Shown piece after piece: positions 20,413 to 30,160 of a stretch of 64,000 nt of DNA. The notes under the pieces are model-generated. The model ran no database searches. It was given only the letters and a program-made list of their open reading frames with translations, and was not told where the DNA came from. Both the position numbers and the translations under genes were made by a program. Within the stretch, counting starts at the first letter, position 1. The number at the start of each line of letters is the position of its first letter. The DNA is from an uncultured delta proteobacterium (lineage in GTDB: Bacteria; Myxococcota_A; Polyangia; Fen-1088): contig CAWKJE010000003.1 of the NCBI GenBank assembly GCA_963849735.1, positions 67,595 to 131,594 on the forward strand. Reading direction: 5' to 3'.

Positions 20413-21036
20413 TCAGAGCTCCCGCATGTAGGCCGCCAAGTGCCCGCGCGACGGCAGCGAAGGCATACACTGGCCTCGCAAGCTGCACCGCCCACACTTT
20501 GGGCCAGGCTCGGGCTCGGGTGTTCGGCCAGATTGCAGCATGGAAGCGATCGCCGCCACTACTGCCTCTGTGTCCTTGCGAAGTGGCTCGTCGAACGTGA
20601 CTTCCCGCCTGCGGCGGGAAGCCCCGAAATACAGCGCCCCGATCGGAACGGGAACCGCTAGCATCTCCTCCAGACACAGACCTTGGGCGCAGAGCTGCAG
20701 CTCTGCATGCCTGAAGGTGTTGCGCACGCTCCGTTTGTATTCGACGGGGAATGGTTTGCCAGGCGGCGGGTACGCCGGATCGGAATAGAAGACAACCATG
20801 TCCGCCCGCCCGGACAGAGCCAGGTGATCACTCTTCAGCGCAAGCGCCCGCGCCTTCTTCATGCCTGGTCGCTGTTCCAGCCCGGGGAGGTCCACCTGCT
20901 CGTGCATCACCTTGCCCTGAGCGGTGAGCACGTTCTCCGCCCAGAGCCCCTCAAGATGGATCAGCCCACACTGGCGCCTACAAAAGCTCCAGTGCTCGAT
21001 CGCCGAGATCGCGACGAGGCGTTCGTCGTCGTCCAC
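20413..21036 (-). CDS. cas4: CRISPR-associated exonuclease Cas4 (RecB-like, Fe-S cysteines)
   Basis: 207 aa with N-terminal Cys plus C-terminal 'CGRCSLRGQC' cluster. Stop overlaps cas1 start. Confidence 0.8.
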   Translation of the reverse strand: MDDDERLVAISAIEHWSFCRRQCGLIHLEGLWAENVLTAQGKVMHEQVDLPGLEQRPGMKKARALALKSDHLALSGRADMVVFYSDPAYPPPGKPFPVEYKRSVRNTFRHAELQLCAQGLCLEEMLAVPVPIGALYFGASRRRREVTFDEPLRKDTEAVVAAIASMLQSGRTPEPEPGPKCGRCSLRGQCMPSLPSRGHLAAYMREL

Positions 21037-21074
21037 GAAAGGGGTTCTTCTTGAAACCTAGGCGAGGGTCCAGC

Positions 21075-21944
21075 TTAGAAGCCGTTGATCTCTTCCGGTT
21101 TGAGCCTGTCCAGTGGCGTTAGATCATAGCTGCCATCAGCCTTCACTGTCAGCGAGCGGTGGACCTTTGCCGACGAGTACTGCCCTGACTTGCAGTTGTG
21201 TTCCCACCAGAAGACCTTTGCCACTTCCATGCTGCCTTCTGGCCGAGCAGAGGAAGCGTCATTCTCGAATAGCTTGGGGAGGATAGATTTGATAGTGGCC
21301 GCATCGGCGTCAGAGAAGCCGGTGCGTTCAGCGAGTTGCGGGTTCATCGAGCCAAACGTGACATACACGCCGTTGTCCACCCGATGCTTCATCCCCATGG
21401 TGTCGGAGGATCGCTTGCCGCCATCACCCTCTCCACTCACGCTCTTCGTAATCTGCGTGCTGGTCACACTAACTGGCTCGATGCTGAAGGCCGATTGGAT
21501 CGACACAGGTCCGCGAATGCCGATCGAGACGCTGCCGTCGCCCTCGTCGCTCCCCTTTCCCTTCTTTTCACCCGCATATGGGAAGAGCTGGCCAAAGGCG
21601 CGGACGTCAAACCATGTGCTGCATGCAATCTCGACGATCCTGGCTTTCGCCTTTTCCTGACCCATCGTGGCCTCGTACCGCTTTCTCAAGCTTGGGGCAT
21701 CGTCTAGCTTGCGATCATCCGACTGGACGAAGACCGCCTGCCCATTTTGCGGGTCGCCAGATAGGGATGCATAGCGTTCCACGAGCCTGTCGCGGATCTT
21801 GCGTTTCAGGCAAACGTCGGTGATTTCTCCTAGGCCGGAATAGTCGGTCCGCGGACGATTCCCGTTCAGTGGGTCGCCGTTGGGGTTGGCGTTGCGGACG
21901 CGCAGGATCAGGGCAAAATCGACTTTCTTGGTAAGGCTCGGCAT
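21075..21944 (-). CDS. cas7: Cas7c/Csd2 (type I-C Cascade backbone)
   Basis: 'ALILRVRNANPNGDP' Csd2 signature. ATG at 21944 with AGGAGA RBS. Confidence 0.88.
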   Translation of the reverse strand: MPSLTKKVDFALILRVRNANPNGDPLNGNRPRTDYSGLGEITDVCLKRKIRDRLVERYASLSGDPQNGQAVFVQSDDRKLDDAPSLRKRYEATMGQEKAKARIVEIACSTWFDVRAFGQLFPYAGEKKGKGSDEGDGSVSIGIRGPVSIQSAFSIEPVSVTSTQITKSVSGEGDGGKRSSDTMGMKHRVDNGVYVTFGSMNPQLAERTGFSDADAATIKSILPKLFENDASSARPEGSMEVAKVFWWEHNCKSGQYSSAKVHRSLTVKADGSYDLTPLDRLKPEEINGF

Positions 21945-21961
21945 GGTGGATCTCCTTGATA

Positions 21962-23941
21962 TCAATCAGCAGTGGCAGTGGCGCTCGAATCTGCGTCGTC
22001 TGTTTCGACGTGCCGTAGGGCTTGGCGCTGACAGTGATACGCCAGCAGAAACTCGCCCGAGAGTGGATGGTCGTTGCTAAAGGCGTCCTTCTCGTTGGCT
22101 GACGAGAAGTGGCCGAGTACCTCGTCCAGCAGCTCTTCCATGGTCCACAGGAAGGGACTCCGTGACACCCGGAGGCGGCTTTTGTACGGTCCCAGCGAGA
22201 GTTCGATAGTTCGCCAGGTGGTGTACGGGTGATCGGCAAATCGTTGAAATAGGCGCGCCGCGGTTGTGTCCCGGCTTTCCCGGGCAACATAGAGTGCGCG
22301 GCTTTCCAGGTGTTCGGCGATCGCCAGAAGGCGGCCATAAAGGTAATCACGGGTCTTTCGGTCTTCTTCGAGAGCCATCGAGTATCCCCTTTCCTTGTGA
22401 AATCCTTTGAACAGCGCGCAGGCGATGCCTAAGCACTTCTCCCATTCCCATTCTTCACCCTTGGGTCTTGAACGGGCGAAGGTTCGATGTGTGCAACTTG
22501 TCACCAAGTCATAGGGAATGGCGCACTCATCGATGAGGCAAGGAAGAAGCCTCTCAAGCGTGGCCTTACGAAGCTTCTCGTTCTCTTCAGCTCGCGGACC
22601 GTAGGCGGCGTGCACGATGTCGCGAAGTGAAGGCGCACCGACAAATCTGCGATCCCGTCCCATGTCTTGGTGCCACGCCAAGTCGACGTGCCAGGCCTGT
22701 ATGCGTGCCAGAAAATCCGAGGCGCGCAGTTCCCGGTAGTAGACGATGGCGATACCGCCCTTCTTGGGTAACGCCGAGTCAAGGCCGAGCACCATAACGC
22801 CATCACCGTCATCCAAGTTCGCCTGATAGCCAGCAAGCGTGCGCCGCAGACGTTGGGCGAACTCGTACCCCACGTCTCCTGCCTGGCTTGTCGAATCTAT
22901 GCTGTCCAGCTGGTGAGCGGACAAGTCGCTTTCGCCGGTGAGCAATTTCAAGGTGTCTGCCCATGGATCGGGAATCTTGTGCCCGGCGGGCGACCAAGCG
23001 ACGAATACTTGATCTCCTTCCCGAACGAATGCCTGCCTGCGCTCGATCAACCAGCGGAGAGCATAGTGCGCCTTCTGGGAGACATCGTAGGCTACGCCAA
23101 ACGCTTGTGCCGCGTCCTGGAATCTGCCTCGATAGGTAAATCCAGCCTTGTCATTGGCTGAGATGAGCTTGGCGTTGTCGCCCGCGTGACGGATTTTCTT
23201 GGGATGTTGCTTGGCCAGGGGAGCTGTACGCCCGGTGACTTGGCAAACGTCGCCGGTGGCCTGTCGGCTTGCATAGAACTTCTGCCAGGCGAGGATGAGC
23301 GCCGGATCTTCCCAAGTACCGGTACACAATTCCCTTCGGGACTCAATGCGCCAACGGATGAATGCATCGGTCGGCGATTGGCCGTTGCCGAGGGCCTGGA
23401 AGATCGCGGGGGCGGTTCCGCGATCACGCGGCCACTCCTTGACGACCTCCGGGACACCGCTAGGAGCCCCGTCGGTTACGGGCAGAACTCCAGACGTAAC
23501 TAGGTCCGCTACGACCTTGCCGCGTTGGACATATGCCAGCACTGCATCGAGCTTGACCAGACCCGTTGAGAACCTGGCCCATTTCTGCAGGAGGCCCAAA
23601 TAGTCGTCATGAGGCGCGCCAGGGGTATTGGCGAATCCGGACGTAACTTCACCGCCGTAGTCCCGGAAGTCCTTGGCAACATACTGGAGATTGTCGCAGA
23701 GAGGATGACTCGACGGCATCGTGCCCGAGCGCCCGCCAGATTCCTCAGTGCATGGGACCAGTGTTTGTTGTTGGTCTTTCGGTATGAGCAACGCTCGGCG
23801 GAATTCCCCCTTCTCATCGATGACTATTTCGATATGCGCCTGTTGGGTCGTATGCGCGATGGGCAGCAGGGCCTTTGCATCGGGAAGGTCGGAACCGGCA
23901 CAGCGCTCGTAGGTATCATAGAGCTTTTGCATCCAGGACAT
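21962..23941 (-). CDS. cas8c: Cas8c/Csd1 (type I-C large subunit)
   Basis: ~659 aa between cas5 and cas7. ATG at 23941 ('MSWMQKLYDTYERCAG...'). Confidence 0.8.
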   Translation of the reverse strand: MSWMQKLYDTYERCAGSDLPDAKALLPIAHTTQQAHIEIVIDEKGEFRRALLIPKDQQQTLVPCTEESGGRSGTMPSSHPLCDNLQYVAKDFRDYGGEVTSGFANTPGAPHDDYLGLLQKWARFSTGLVKLDAVLAYVQRGKVVADLVTSGVLPVTDGAPSGVPEVVKEWPRDRGTAPAIFQALGNGQSPTDAFIRWRIESRRELCTGTWEDPALILAWQKFYASRQATGDVCQVTGRTAPLAKQHPKKIRHAGDNAKLISANDKAGFTYRGRFQDAAQAFGVAYDVSQKAHYALRWLIERRQAFVREGDQVFVAWSPAGHKIPDPWADTLKLLTGESDLSAHQLDSIDSTSQAGDVGYEFAQRLRRTLAGYQANLDDGDGVMVLGLDSALPKKGGIAIVYYRELRASDFLARIQAWHVDLAWHQDMGRDRRFVGAPSLRDIVHAAYGPRAEENEKLRKATLERLLPCLIDECAIPYDLVTSCTHRTFARSRPKGEEWEWEKCLGIACALFKGFHKERGYSMALEEDRKTRDYLYGRLLAIAEHLESRALYVARESRDTTAARLFQRFADHPYTTWRTIELSLGPYKSRLRVSRSPFLWTMEELLDEVLGHFSSANEKDAFSNDHPLSGEFLLAYHCQRQALRHVETDDADSSATATAD

Positions 23942-23942
23942 G

Positions 23943-24665
23943 TTAGGCCCCCCATTCGTTGGCTTCGGTCTCCACGGGCCTGACGTTCTTGCCGAGGCCA
24001 AAGCGCTTGGCCGTCATATCGCGGACGACTTTTCGGATGGCGCACTCCTCGGGGCGAGGGAATCGCAGGACGCCGTCGACCAGCTTCGGCATCCAGAAGC
24101 GGGCTTGTAGTCTGTTGTCACCAGTCTCGTCTGGATAGTCGAAACCATGGAACATCAACCCGAAGCCAAGCTCGCCAGCATCGTCAAGCTCCCCTGTGCC
24201 TGAGCCGAATTCGCTGGGTTCGACGTATCCCTGGCAATCGCGCGTGCCTAGGAAGATGTCCTGTCTGCCGCCGCGTTCGAGCATGCGTTGGGCGATCGCG
24301 AAATGCTTCCCGTCGACTCGGTCCTTGGCCAGATCCGGCTGGGCTTTGTTCCAGACGAAATGAGCCTGGACCTGATACTCGACGTTGGCGAGGAACGTGT
24401 AGATCGCCAGGGCGTTGCCGCCACCATATTTGAGAGGCTTTGTTCCCTTCGTCTGCGTACGAACCCGCTTCATCACCCGCACTTGGTCGATCACCCAGAT
24501 GAGCGTAGGCTTCCAGTAGATCGACTTGGCGATGCCCTTCAACGCCTCGTAGGTTGGAATGTGGTACGAGCACTTCTCGCCACCGATCTTGGTCAATGGA
24601 TCGGTGAAGAGCGCGTAGCGTCCCCAGGTCTTGAATTCAAGCGTGTTTTTGGATTTGCTCGACAT
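23943..24665 (-). CDS. cas5: Cas5c/Cas5d (type I-C, pre-crRNA processing subunit)
   Basis: 240 aa beginning 'MSSKSKNTLEFKTWGRYALFTDP'. Position in the operon is cas3-cas5-cas8c-cas7. Confidence 0.85.
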   Translation of the reverse strand: MSSKSKNTLEFKTWGRYALFTDPLTKIGGEKCSYHIPTYEALKGIAKSIYWKPTLIWVIDQVRVMKRVRTQTKGTKPLKYGGGNALAIYTFLANVEYQVQAHFVWNKAQPDLAKDRVDGKHFAIAQRMLERGGRQDIFLGTRDCQGYVEPSEFGSGTGELDDAGELGFGLMFHGFDYPDETGDNRLQARFWMPKLVDGVLRFPRPEECAIRKVVRDMTAKRFGLGKNVRPVETEANEWGA

Positions 24666-27129
24666 AGAGAAATTCCCCCGGTGACACGGGCTCGGTGGAG
24701 AGCCCGAAGTCCCTGCTGTAGTAGCTTTCGTTTAGGTGGAAGATTTCTGTCCCTGGCTGGACCTCGAAAATCGCCTGTGCGTCTCTGAGCCTGTCAAACT
24801 CGTGGCTAAAGATGTTTACCGTGAATTGCTGTGCTGCACGCAGCAACCGGAATTCCTTGTCGACATCCGTCGCGGCGCACAGCTCCCCGATGAGCCGCCT
24901 ACCCTCCCCATAAGGTACGACAACGCCTTTCGTTGGCGCATCAATGGCTTGGAAGGTGTCGTTCGCGGTCTTGAAGGATTGCCGAAAGTAGTTGACCTTG
25001 CCTTGCCTGAATCCGGTTATGAGCGAGTTTGTAGACAACATGTCCAACAGGTCGTCGCCGCGACCTGCCTTGCCGGGGTTGATCGGATATCCCATCTCGT
25101 CCTTGCGGGCGAAGAAGTAGTTCTCGTAGAACCACGCCATGGCCTTGGGAGAAAGCAGGTCGTTGTCAAAGCGCTCCGGATCGTCCCGGAAGTCGTCGAG
25201 CACTCGCGCTGCCTTCTCGCGAGCGATGTCGATGTCCCGGATTGACGACAGCGATTCCTCGGTCGGGTTGACCACGTGCACGATTCCCGTTGGATTCCTT
25301 CCACTTCGGTTGCAGCGGCCCGCGGCTTGAGCGATCGAGTCCAACCCCGCGGCAAACCGAATCACGCACCCGAAATCGAGGTCAACGCCGGCCTCGATAA
25401 GCTGGGTGCTGATGCAGAGAATGGGTTCGTGATCGAGGAGCTGTTGCCGAATTTGCGTGAGGGACGACTTGCGATGGGCGGGACACATGCATGTGCTGAG
25501 GTGATGGACCGGTAGGCCATGCCCCGAGGCTGTCTTGAACAAGGCCTTTGCCGCCTTCCTAGTGTTCACGACGACCAGACAGCTTCCGCTGCGAGCGACT
25601 TCGGCCCTGGCCAAGTCCGCGATGTCGCCGTCATGCCAGCCGCCGGGCCGGCGAGCATCCTTCACCTCAACCCGCCGAAGTCTCGAGAAGGTGTTCTGGA
25701 CATCTGGGACGATTTCGCTTCCGGAGGCAATTTTCGCTGCCCCCTTCTTGGCGTCTACCTGGCCCAGCAGCGGTTGGGTCGCGGTGCAAAGGACGACAGT
25801 GCTCCCACCTTGCGCCGCAAGAAGGTTGATGGCGTTGTTGAAAAGGTGAATGCACTTGACTGGGAGGCCCTGGATTTCGTCGAAGACGATCAGCGCCCGA
25901 GCAAGTTGATGCATTCGTCGGACTCCTCGGGTCCCCCCGCCAAGAATGGCTTCGAGAAACTGCACGCTGGTTGTGTAGACCACGGGCGCATCCCAGTTCT
26001 CCGACAGGAGCTTGTTCTTCCAGCCTTGCTGCGGCGGTCCCAGGTTCGAGTGATGTTCTAGCACGACCTTGCCGTGGTCTTCGGGACAAGAAGCAGGTTC
26101 AAGAATGCGACGGGCAACATCGGCGTTTTGGTCGATGATGGTGGTGAATGGCACCACGTAGATCACGCGATGCAAGCCATGGGCACGGGCGTGGTGAAGG
26201 GCGAAACGAAGGCTGGCGAGGGTCTTTCCGCCGCCAGTGGGGACGGTAAGGGTGAAGATGCCGCGTGGTCGGGACGCGGCTTGTCGGCAGTGCTCGGAAA
26301 TGTCCCGACGAACTGCGTCGATGGGATGCTGGGGCTCGAGTTTGGTAAGATGGTCTTCGAGTCGGTTTGCGAGGACATCCCAGGACGTGAACTCTCCATG
26401 CTGACGTTCTTGCGCAGCATGGCGACGCTCAAAGTCGGCGGTGTCTTCTCGATCGGCGTCGATCAAGCAGCTGAATAGCATACGAACCAGCAATCCAAGT
26501 TGGAACTGAGCAACCTGGTTCCTGTCTGACCTGTCCGGGGATCCCAGGGCGATGTCATGGAGGTGTTTCGTGAAAGACGTGACGAGCGATTCGTCCTGCA
26601 ACAGTGCTGCTGCCCTTGCCCGAATTTTCGGGTCGAGTTTGCCGAGGGCTTCATCAAGGTGAGTTCGTGCTTCGCCCTTGAGCATCCTCCGGCTGAAGTC
26701 ATCGCGTGGTCCCTCGACCGGATCCGCCACCAAGCAGTCAATGAGCCCCGAATGATGGGATGCGATGCAAAGGGCCAATGCTTGGCCAACGATGGGCCCC
26801 AAAGGACCGGCCTTGCTTAGCGCGTTCCATACGAACTTGGCACCTGCTGTCGAATGGTCGACCTTACCTCTCTGCGCGGCTGGCAGATCGTCATCAGCGT
26901 CAGGATCCTCCTTGCCTGTCCTGCTTCGCAGGTAGTTCTGAAATGCATCGCTGTGTTTTCCGAGGTCATGGAAGAGCCCGATCAGCTCGCCGGCTGGGCC
27001 AAGGCCTATCTTTCCGGCAGACTGAGCGCATCGCCTGGCCGTTCCCTCAAGGTGATCAGACAGGAGCTGTTCCGCGTCGTCAGAATCGCGAACGTGGGCG
27101 ATTGGAAGGCCCATGGCCGTTTTGCTCAT
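24637..27129 (-). CDS. cas3: Cas3 HD-nuclease/helicase
   Basis: HD motif 'LFHDLGKHSDAFQ'. SF2 helicase motifs ('TVPTGGGKT', 'VFDEIQ'). ATG at 27129. Confidence 0.88.
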   Translation of the reverse strand: MSKTAMGLPIAHVRDSDDAEQLLSDHLEGTARRCAQSAGKIGLGPAGELIGLFHDLGKHSDAFQNYLRSRTGKEDPDADDDLPAAQRGKVDHSTAGAKFVWNALSKAGPLGPIVGQALALCIASHHSGLIDCLVADPVEGPRDDFSRRMLKGEARTHLDEALGKLDPKIRARAAALLQDESLVTSFTKHLHDIALGSPDRSDRNQVAQFQLGLLVRMLFSCLIDADREDTADFERRHAAQERQHGEFTSWDVLANRLEDHLTKLEPQHPIDAVRRDISEHCRQAASRPRGIFTLTVPTGGGKTLASLRFALHHARAHGLHRVIYVVPFTTIIDQNADVARRILEPASCPEDHGKVVLEHHSNLGPPQQGWKNKLLSENWDAPVVYTTSVQFLEAILGGGTRGVRRMHQLARALIVFDEIQGLPVKCIHLFNNAINLLAAQGGSTVVLCTATQPLLGQVDAKKGAAKIASGSEIVPDVQNTFSRLRRVEVKDARRPGGWHDGDIADLARAEVARSGSCLVVVNTRKAAKALFKTASGHGLPVHHLSTCMCPAHRKSSLTQIRQQLLDHEPILCISTQLIEAGVDLDFGCVIRFAAGLDSIAQAAGRCNRSGRNPTGIVHVVNPTEESLSSIRDIDIAREKAARVLDDFRDDPERFDNDLLSPKAMAWFYENYFFARKDEMGYPINPGKAGRGDDLLDMLSTNSLITGFRQGKVNYFRQSFKTANDTFQAIDAPTKGVVVPYGEGRRLIGELCAATDVDKEFRLLRAAQQFTVNIFSHEFDRLRDAQAIFEVQPGTEIFHLNESYYSRDFGLSTEPVSPGEFLYVEQIQKHA

Positions 27130-27139
27130 CGCGCTCACC

Positions 27140-28153
27140 CTACGCCAGCCCTTTGTCACTACTGGTCCAAGATTCCTCGCTGCGGTCTCGGTAGCGCTCG
27201 GCGGCATCGCGCAACTTGCGTGCCACGCTCTGGACTAGCGCATTGGGCGCCAGCACTTTCGCGGCCGGACCATAGCCGAGTATCCACCGCTCCACTTCGG
27301 CCAATCCTGCTACCTCGCCGCTCACCACCACGCCGCCGCTGCTCTTTTCGAGCTGCTGGCCCGCAAGCCATGTGCGCTCGCCAATCTCCTCGGCCACCTC
27401 AGGCGAGAACCAGATGCGGATCTTCTCCAGGTGCTCGCTTCGCCACACGCGAAAGGCGTTGCGCAGGGCAGAGCGCGAGCGGGTTTCGGGGCGTGGCGCG
27501 CAGTGTTCGTCGGTCACGACCGCGGCTACGAATCGGTGGGCGGCGAAGACGCGTACGTCTGCGCGCAGGCGGCACCAACCAATGAGGTAAAGGGTTTCGA
27601 GGCCCGGATCCCAGTACAGCTCGCCGGGTTCGATGATCCGGCTTGACACCTGGCCGCTGGAGATGGCGCGGTAGCGGGCGTTGACGGCCAGCCTGGCGCG
27701 GGTGGCGCGCTCCAGGGTGGTGATTATGGAACGGCGCGCGGCGTGGTCGATTCCAGTCAGATCACGGGTGGTGATCCAGGGCGCCGATTCGATCGGGACC
27801 AGGGCGGTTTGACCATCGCCGGTGGAGCTTACCCGGTGCCAAAGTCGGTCGAGGGCTTTGCCCAGCGAGGTTTCCTTCCAACCACGTGAATTCTGCCTGG
27901 CAAGGAACAATGCTAGGCGCTCGTCGGCATCGGGCAGGCCGGCGCTCGTGCGGGGATTACCCAATATGCGATAGCGTTGGTTGGCGTGTTCAACGATATA
28001 GCCGGCATCCGTTAGGGCCTTGATGTCCCTATATAGCCCGCGCAAGTTCCAGTCGTGCCGCTCAGCCAAGGTCTTGAGAGCAACGCCTGCGCGCGAAGCG
28101 CAAAGAGCCTGCTTAAGAGCCTCCACCCGAACTATCCTATCGTTGCGTGGCAT
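27140..28153 (-). CDS. WYL-domain transcriptional regulator (HTH-WYL-WCX), first gene of the cas operon
   Basis: N-terminal HTH ('IVRVEALKQALCASRAGVALKTLAERHDWNLRGLYRDIKAL'). Central 'LYLIGWC' WYL-type region. ATG at 28153. Stop lies 10 nt from the cas3 start. Confidence 0.7.
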   Translation of the reverse strand: MPRNDRIVRVEALKQALCASRAGVALKTLAERHDWNLRGLYRDIKALTDAGYIVEHANQRYRILGNPRTSAGLPDADERLALFLARQNSRGWKETSLGKALDRLWHRVSSTGDGQTALVPIESAPWITTRDLTGIDHAARRSIITTLERATRARLAVNARYRAISSGQVSSRIIEPGELYWDPGLETLYLIGWCRLRADVRVFAAHRFVAAVVTDEHCAPRPETRSRSALRNAFRVWRSEHLEKIRIWFSPEVAEEIGERTWLAGQQLEKSSGGVVVSGEVAGLAEVERWILGYGPAAKVLAPNALVQSVARKLRDAAERYRDRSEESWTSSDKGLA

Positions 28154-28671
28154 CTCCAGATTCGTCGGCCTGCCGCCAGCAAGGCACGAGGATACACCCG
28201 CGGGCGGTGTTCTGCGTTGCGATCTGTGGCAGTTGCCCCAGAAGAGCATCTTGCGCGTCGCTTGGGCCGACTGGAGCCGCTACTCAAGTTGCAATGACCA
28301 CCGCCGGGACCGCGCTTTAGGAAGAGGGCAGATGGTCGTTGCGAGTGAGATATTTTACCACCTCCCACGCGCGCTGAGCGCAGGGATAAGGTAAATGGTG
28401 ACATCGCACCCGTTGTGGCGGCGCAGCGGCTGGTGCAGGCGACTTGGCTCTTTGGTGATGGCGTGTGCGGGGTATGCGCACCGAGAGCGAAGGCCGCGCT
28501 GCGCCCGCGGGATCCTCCGGCTCCACTGTTCCGAGGCCCAAGGCATGCGATGTAAGTCTGCGATCTTGCTAACTCGATCTGGTACCGACCGAGTGGTTCC
28601 CATGGCCAGGGGGTGGCATCTCCCATGGAGACTCCAACGGATTCGGCGCGGCATTACTCACGGCCCACGCA

Positions 28672-29187
28672 GTGCGCAGATGCCCGCCCGGGCGGCAACG
28701 CCTCCGCGCACGTCGCCCGAGGGGGCCTTCGCGCTTGCGGCCAGCCCATCGCGGATATATTGCCCTGGCGGGTGACCGGGAGAGGGCGGACGAGCCGCTC
28801 GATCGGGCGGGGGACACCAGGAAGAATACGGCTGCGCAGGTCACAACGTTTTCGCAGACTGCGGGCGAGCAGTTGAACCTGCAGCCAACGCACCGGTTCA
28901 ATCGCTCCCACGCTATCGCTGTAGCGGTCGGAGTGATTCTGATTGGGGGTGGCGTGCTCGTTCTCAGGCCTCATGGTGTACAGCAGCCGGTGACGTCCCG
29001 GGCGGCAACGGCAGCTAGTGTAACGGCAATCGCGCCGTTATCGCCTTCGCCTATGGGGGTGGCTCAGCCGGCGCCGCCCCGGAGCGTCAAATCGGCGGCG
29101 AAGCCAACTGAGCCGGCCGCGGAGGCTGCCGCCAAGCGAAAGGCACCCAAGAAGCACCCTAAACGCTTTCTAATCCAGGAGCTGTGA
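28672..29187 (+). CDS. small membrane protein; start uncertain (possibly TTG at 28873)
   Basis: Transmembrane segment 'AIAVAVGVILIGGGVLVL' followed by an Ala/Pro-rich tail. Stop overlaps the GTG of the next gene (GTGA). Confidence 0.3.
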   Translation: MRRCPPGRQRLRARRPRGPSRLRPAHRGYIALAGDRERADEPLDRAGDTRKNTAAQVTTFSQTAGEQLNLQPTHRFNRSHAIAVAVGVILIGGGVLVLRPHGVQQPVTSRAATAASVTAIAPLSPSPMGVAQPAPPRSVKSAAKPTEPAAEAAAKRKAPKKHPKRFLIQEL

Positions 29188-30158
29188 GCATGACAAATCT
29201 AGCGTCAATCGCTGTCGCGGTATTGCTGGCTCAGGCTGCCCCGACGCCGGCAAGCCCGGAGGCAAAGGCCAGGGCACAGGCTCTACTCAGGGAAGGGGCT
29301 GCTTTCTACGAAAAGGGTAACGCGGCCGAGGCGCTCGACAAGTTCAACGAGGCCTATGCGGTTTACCCAAGCCCTAAGCTGTGGTTCAACATCGGCCAGG
29401 CCGACCGCGATATCGGTAGGCCCGCGGAGGCGATGAACGCCTTCCAGCGGTTTCTCGCCGAGGCCAGGGATGCCTCCGCCATCAGCATCAACGAGGCTGA
29501 CAGGTCGGTGGCCGAGCTTCGCACAAAGCTCGGCAGGTTGGCCATCGACTGCTCGACGGAGGGAACCGAGGTCGAGGTCGACGGCAAACCCGTGGGCAAC
29601 GCGCCGATCCCAGGGTCGTTCTGGGTAGTCCCAGGGAGGCACCAGGTCGTCGCAAGGCAGACCAACGCCGCTCCTACAATCGAGTATGTTGAGGTTGCCG
29701 CGGGAACGATACGGACCGTCGTCTTGCGCCCGGGTTCGCCTCCTGAGGCACCGCGGGTATCTCTCGCCCAGCCATCGACGGCTGAGCTTCAGGGGACATC
29801 TCTCCCAGCGCCAGCAGGCGAAGATCAAGGCTGGTGGCTCGGGCGGAAGTGGACCTGGGTGGCCGCGGGATCGACCGTAGTCTTCGTGGGGATGGCGGCC
29901 ATCTTCGGCGCATCGATGGAGTCCAAGTTCGACAGCCTGAACAGCTCCTGCGGAAGCGCGAGCAAGAGCACCGTGGCGTGCAGCGAGAGCCAGATCGGCG
30001 AGGTAACGACGCTCAAGAACAGCGCCAACGCCTTCTGGGGCCTGGCCGCCGCGGCCGCCGTTGCCACGGGCATCCTGTTCTTCATCGAGGGCCGTCCAGT
30101 GACCGTGACCCCCATGGCCGGCGATACCACCGGGTTCCTCGCGAGCGTGAGGTATTGA
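29184..30158 (+). CDS. TPR-like/PEGA-domain protein with signal peptide and C-terminal TM
   Basis: Signal peptide 'MTNLASIAVAVLLAQA'. PEGA-like 'EGTEVEVDGKPVGNAPIPGSFWVVPGRHQVVAR'. Confidence 0.75.
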   Translation: MSMTNLASIAVAVLLAQAAPTPASPEAKARAQALLREGAAFYEKGNAAEALDKFNEAYAVYPSPKLWFNIGQADRDIGRPAEAMNAFQRFLAEARDASAISINEADRSVAELRTKLGRLAIDCSTEGTEVEVDGKPVGNAPIPGSFWVVPGRHQVVARQTNAAPTIEYVEVAAGTIRTVVLRPGSPPEAPRVSLAQPSTAELQGTSLPAPAGEDQGWWLGRKWTWVAAGSTVVFVGMAAIFGASMESKFDSLNSSCGSASKSTVACSESQIGEVTTLKNSANAFWGLAAAAAVATGILFFIEGRPVTVTPMAGDTTGFLASVRY

Positions 30159-30160
30159 CC

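Noticed and set aside
19385-20677. Full 430-aa ORF as Cas1
   Set aside because: The first 89 codons are Arg/Gly/Ser-rich and overlap cas4. The ATG at 20410, with ATGA coupling to the cas4 stop, gives a canonical ~340-aa Cas1.
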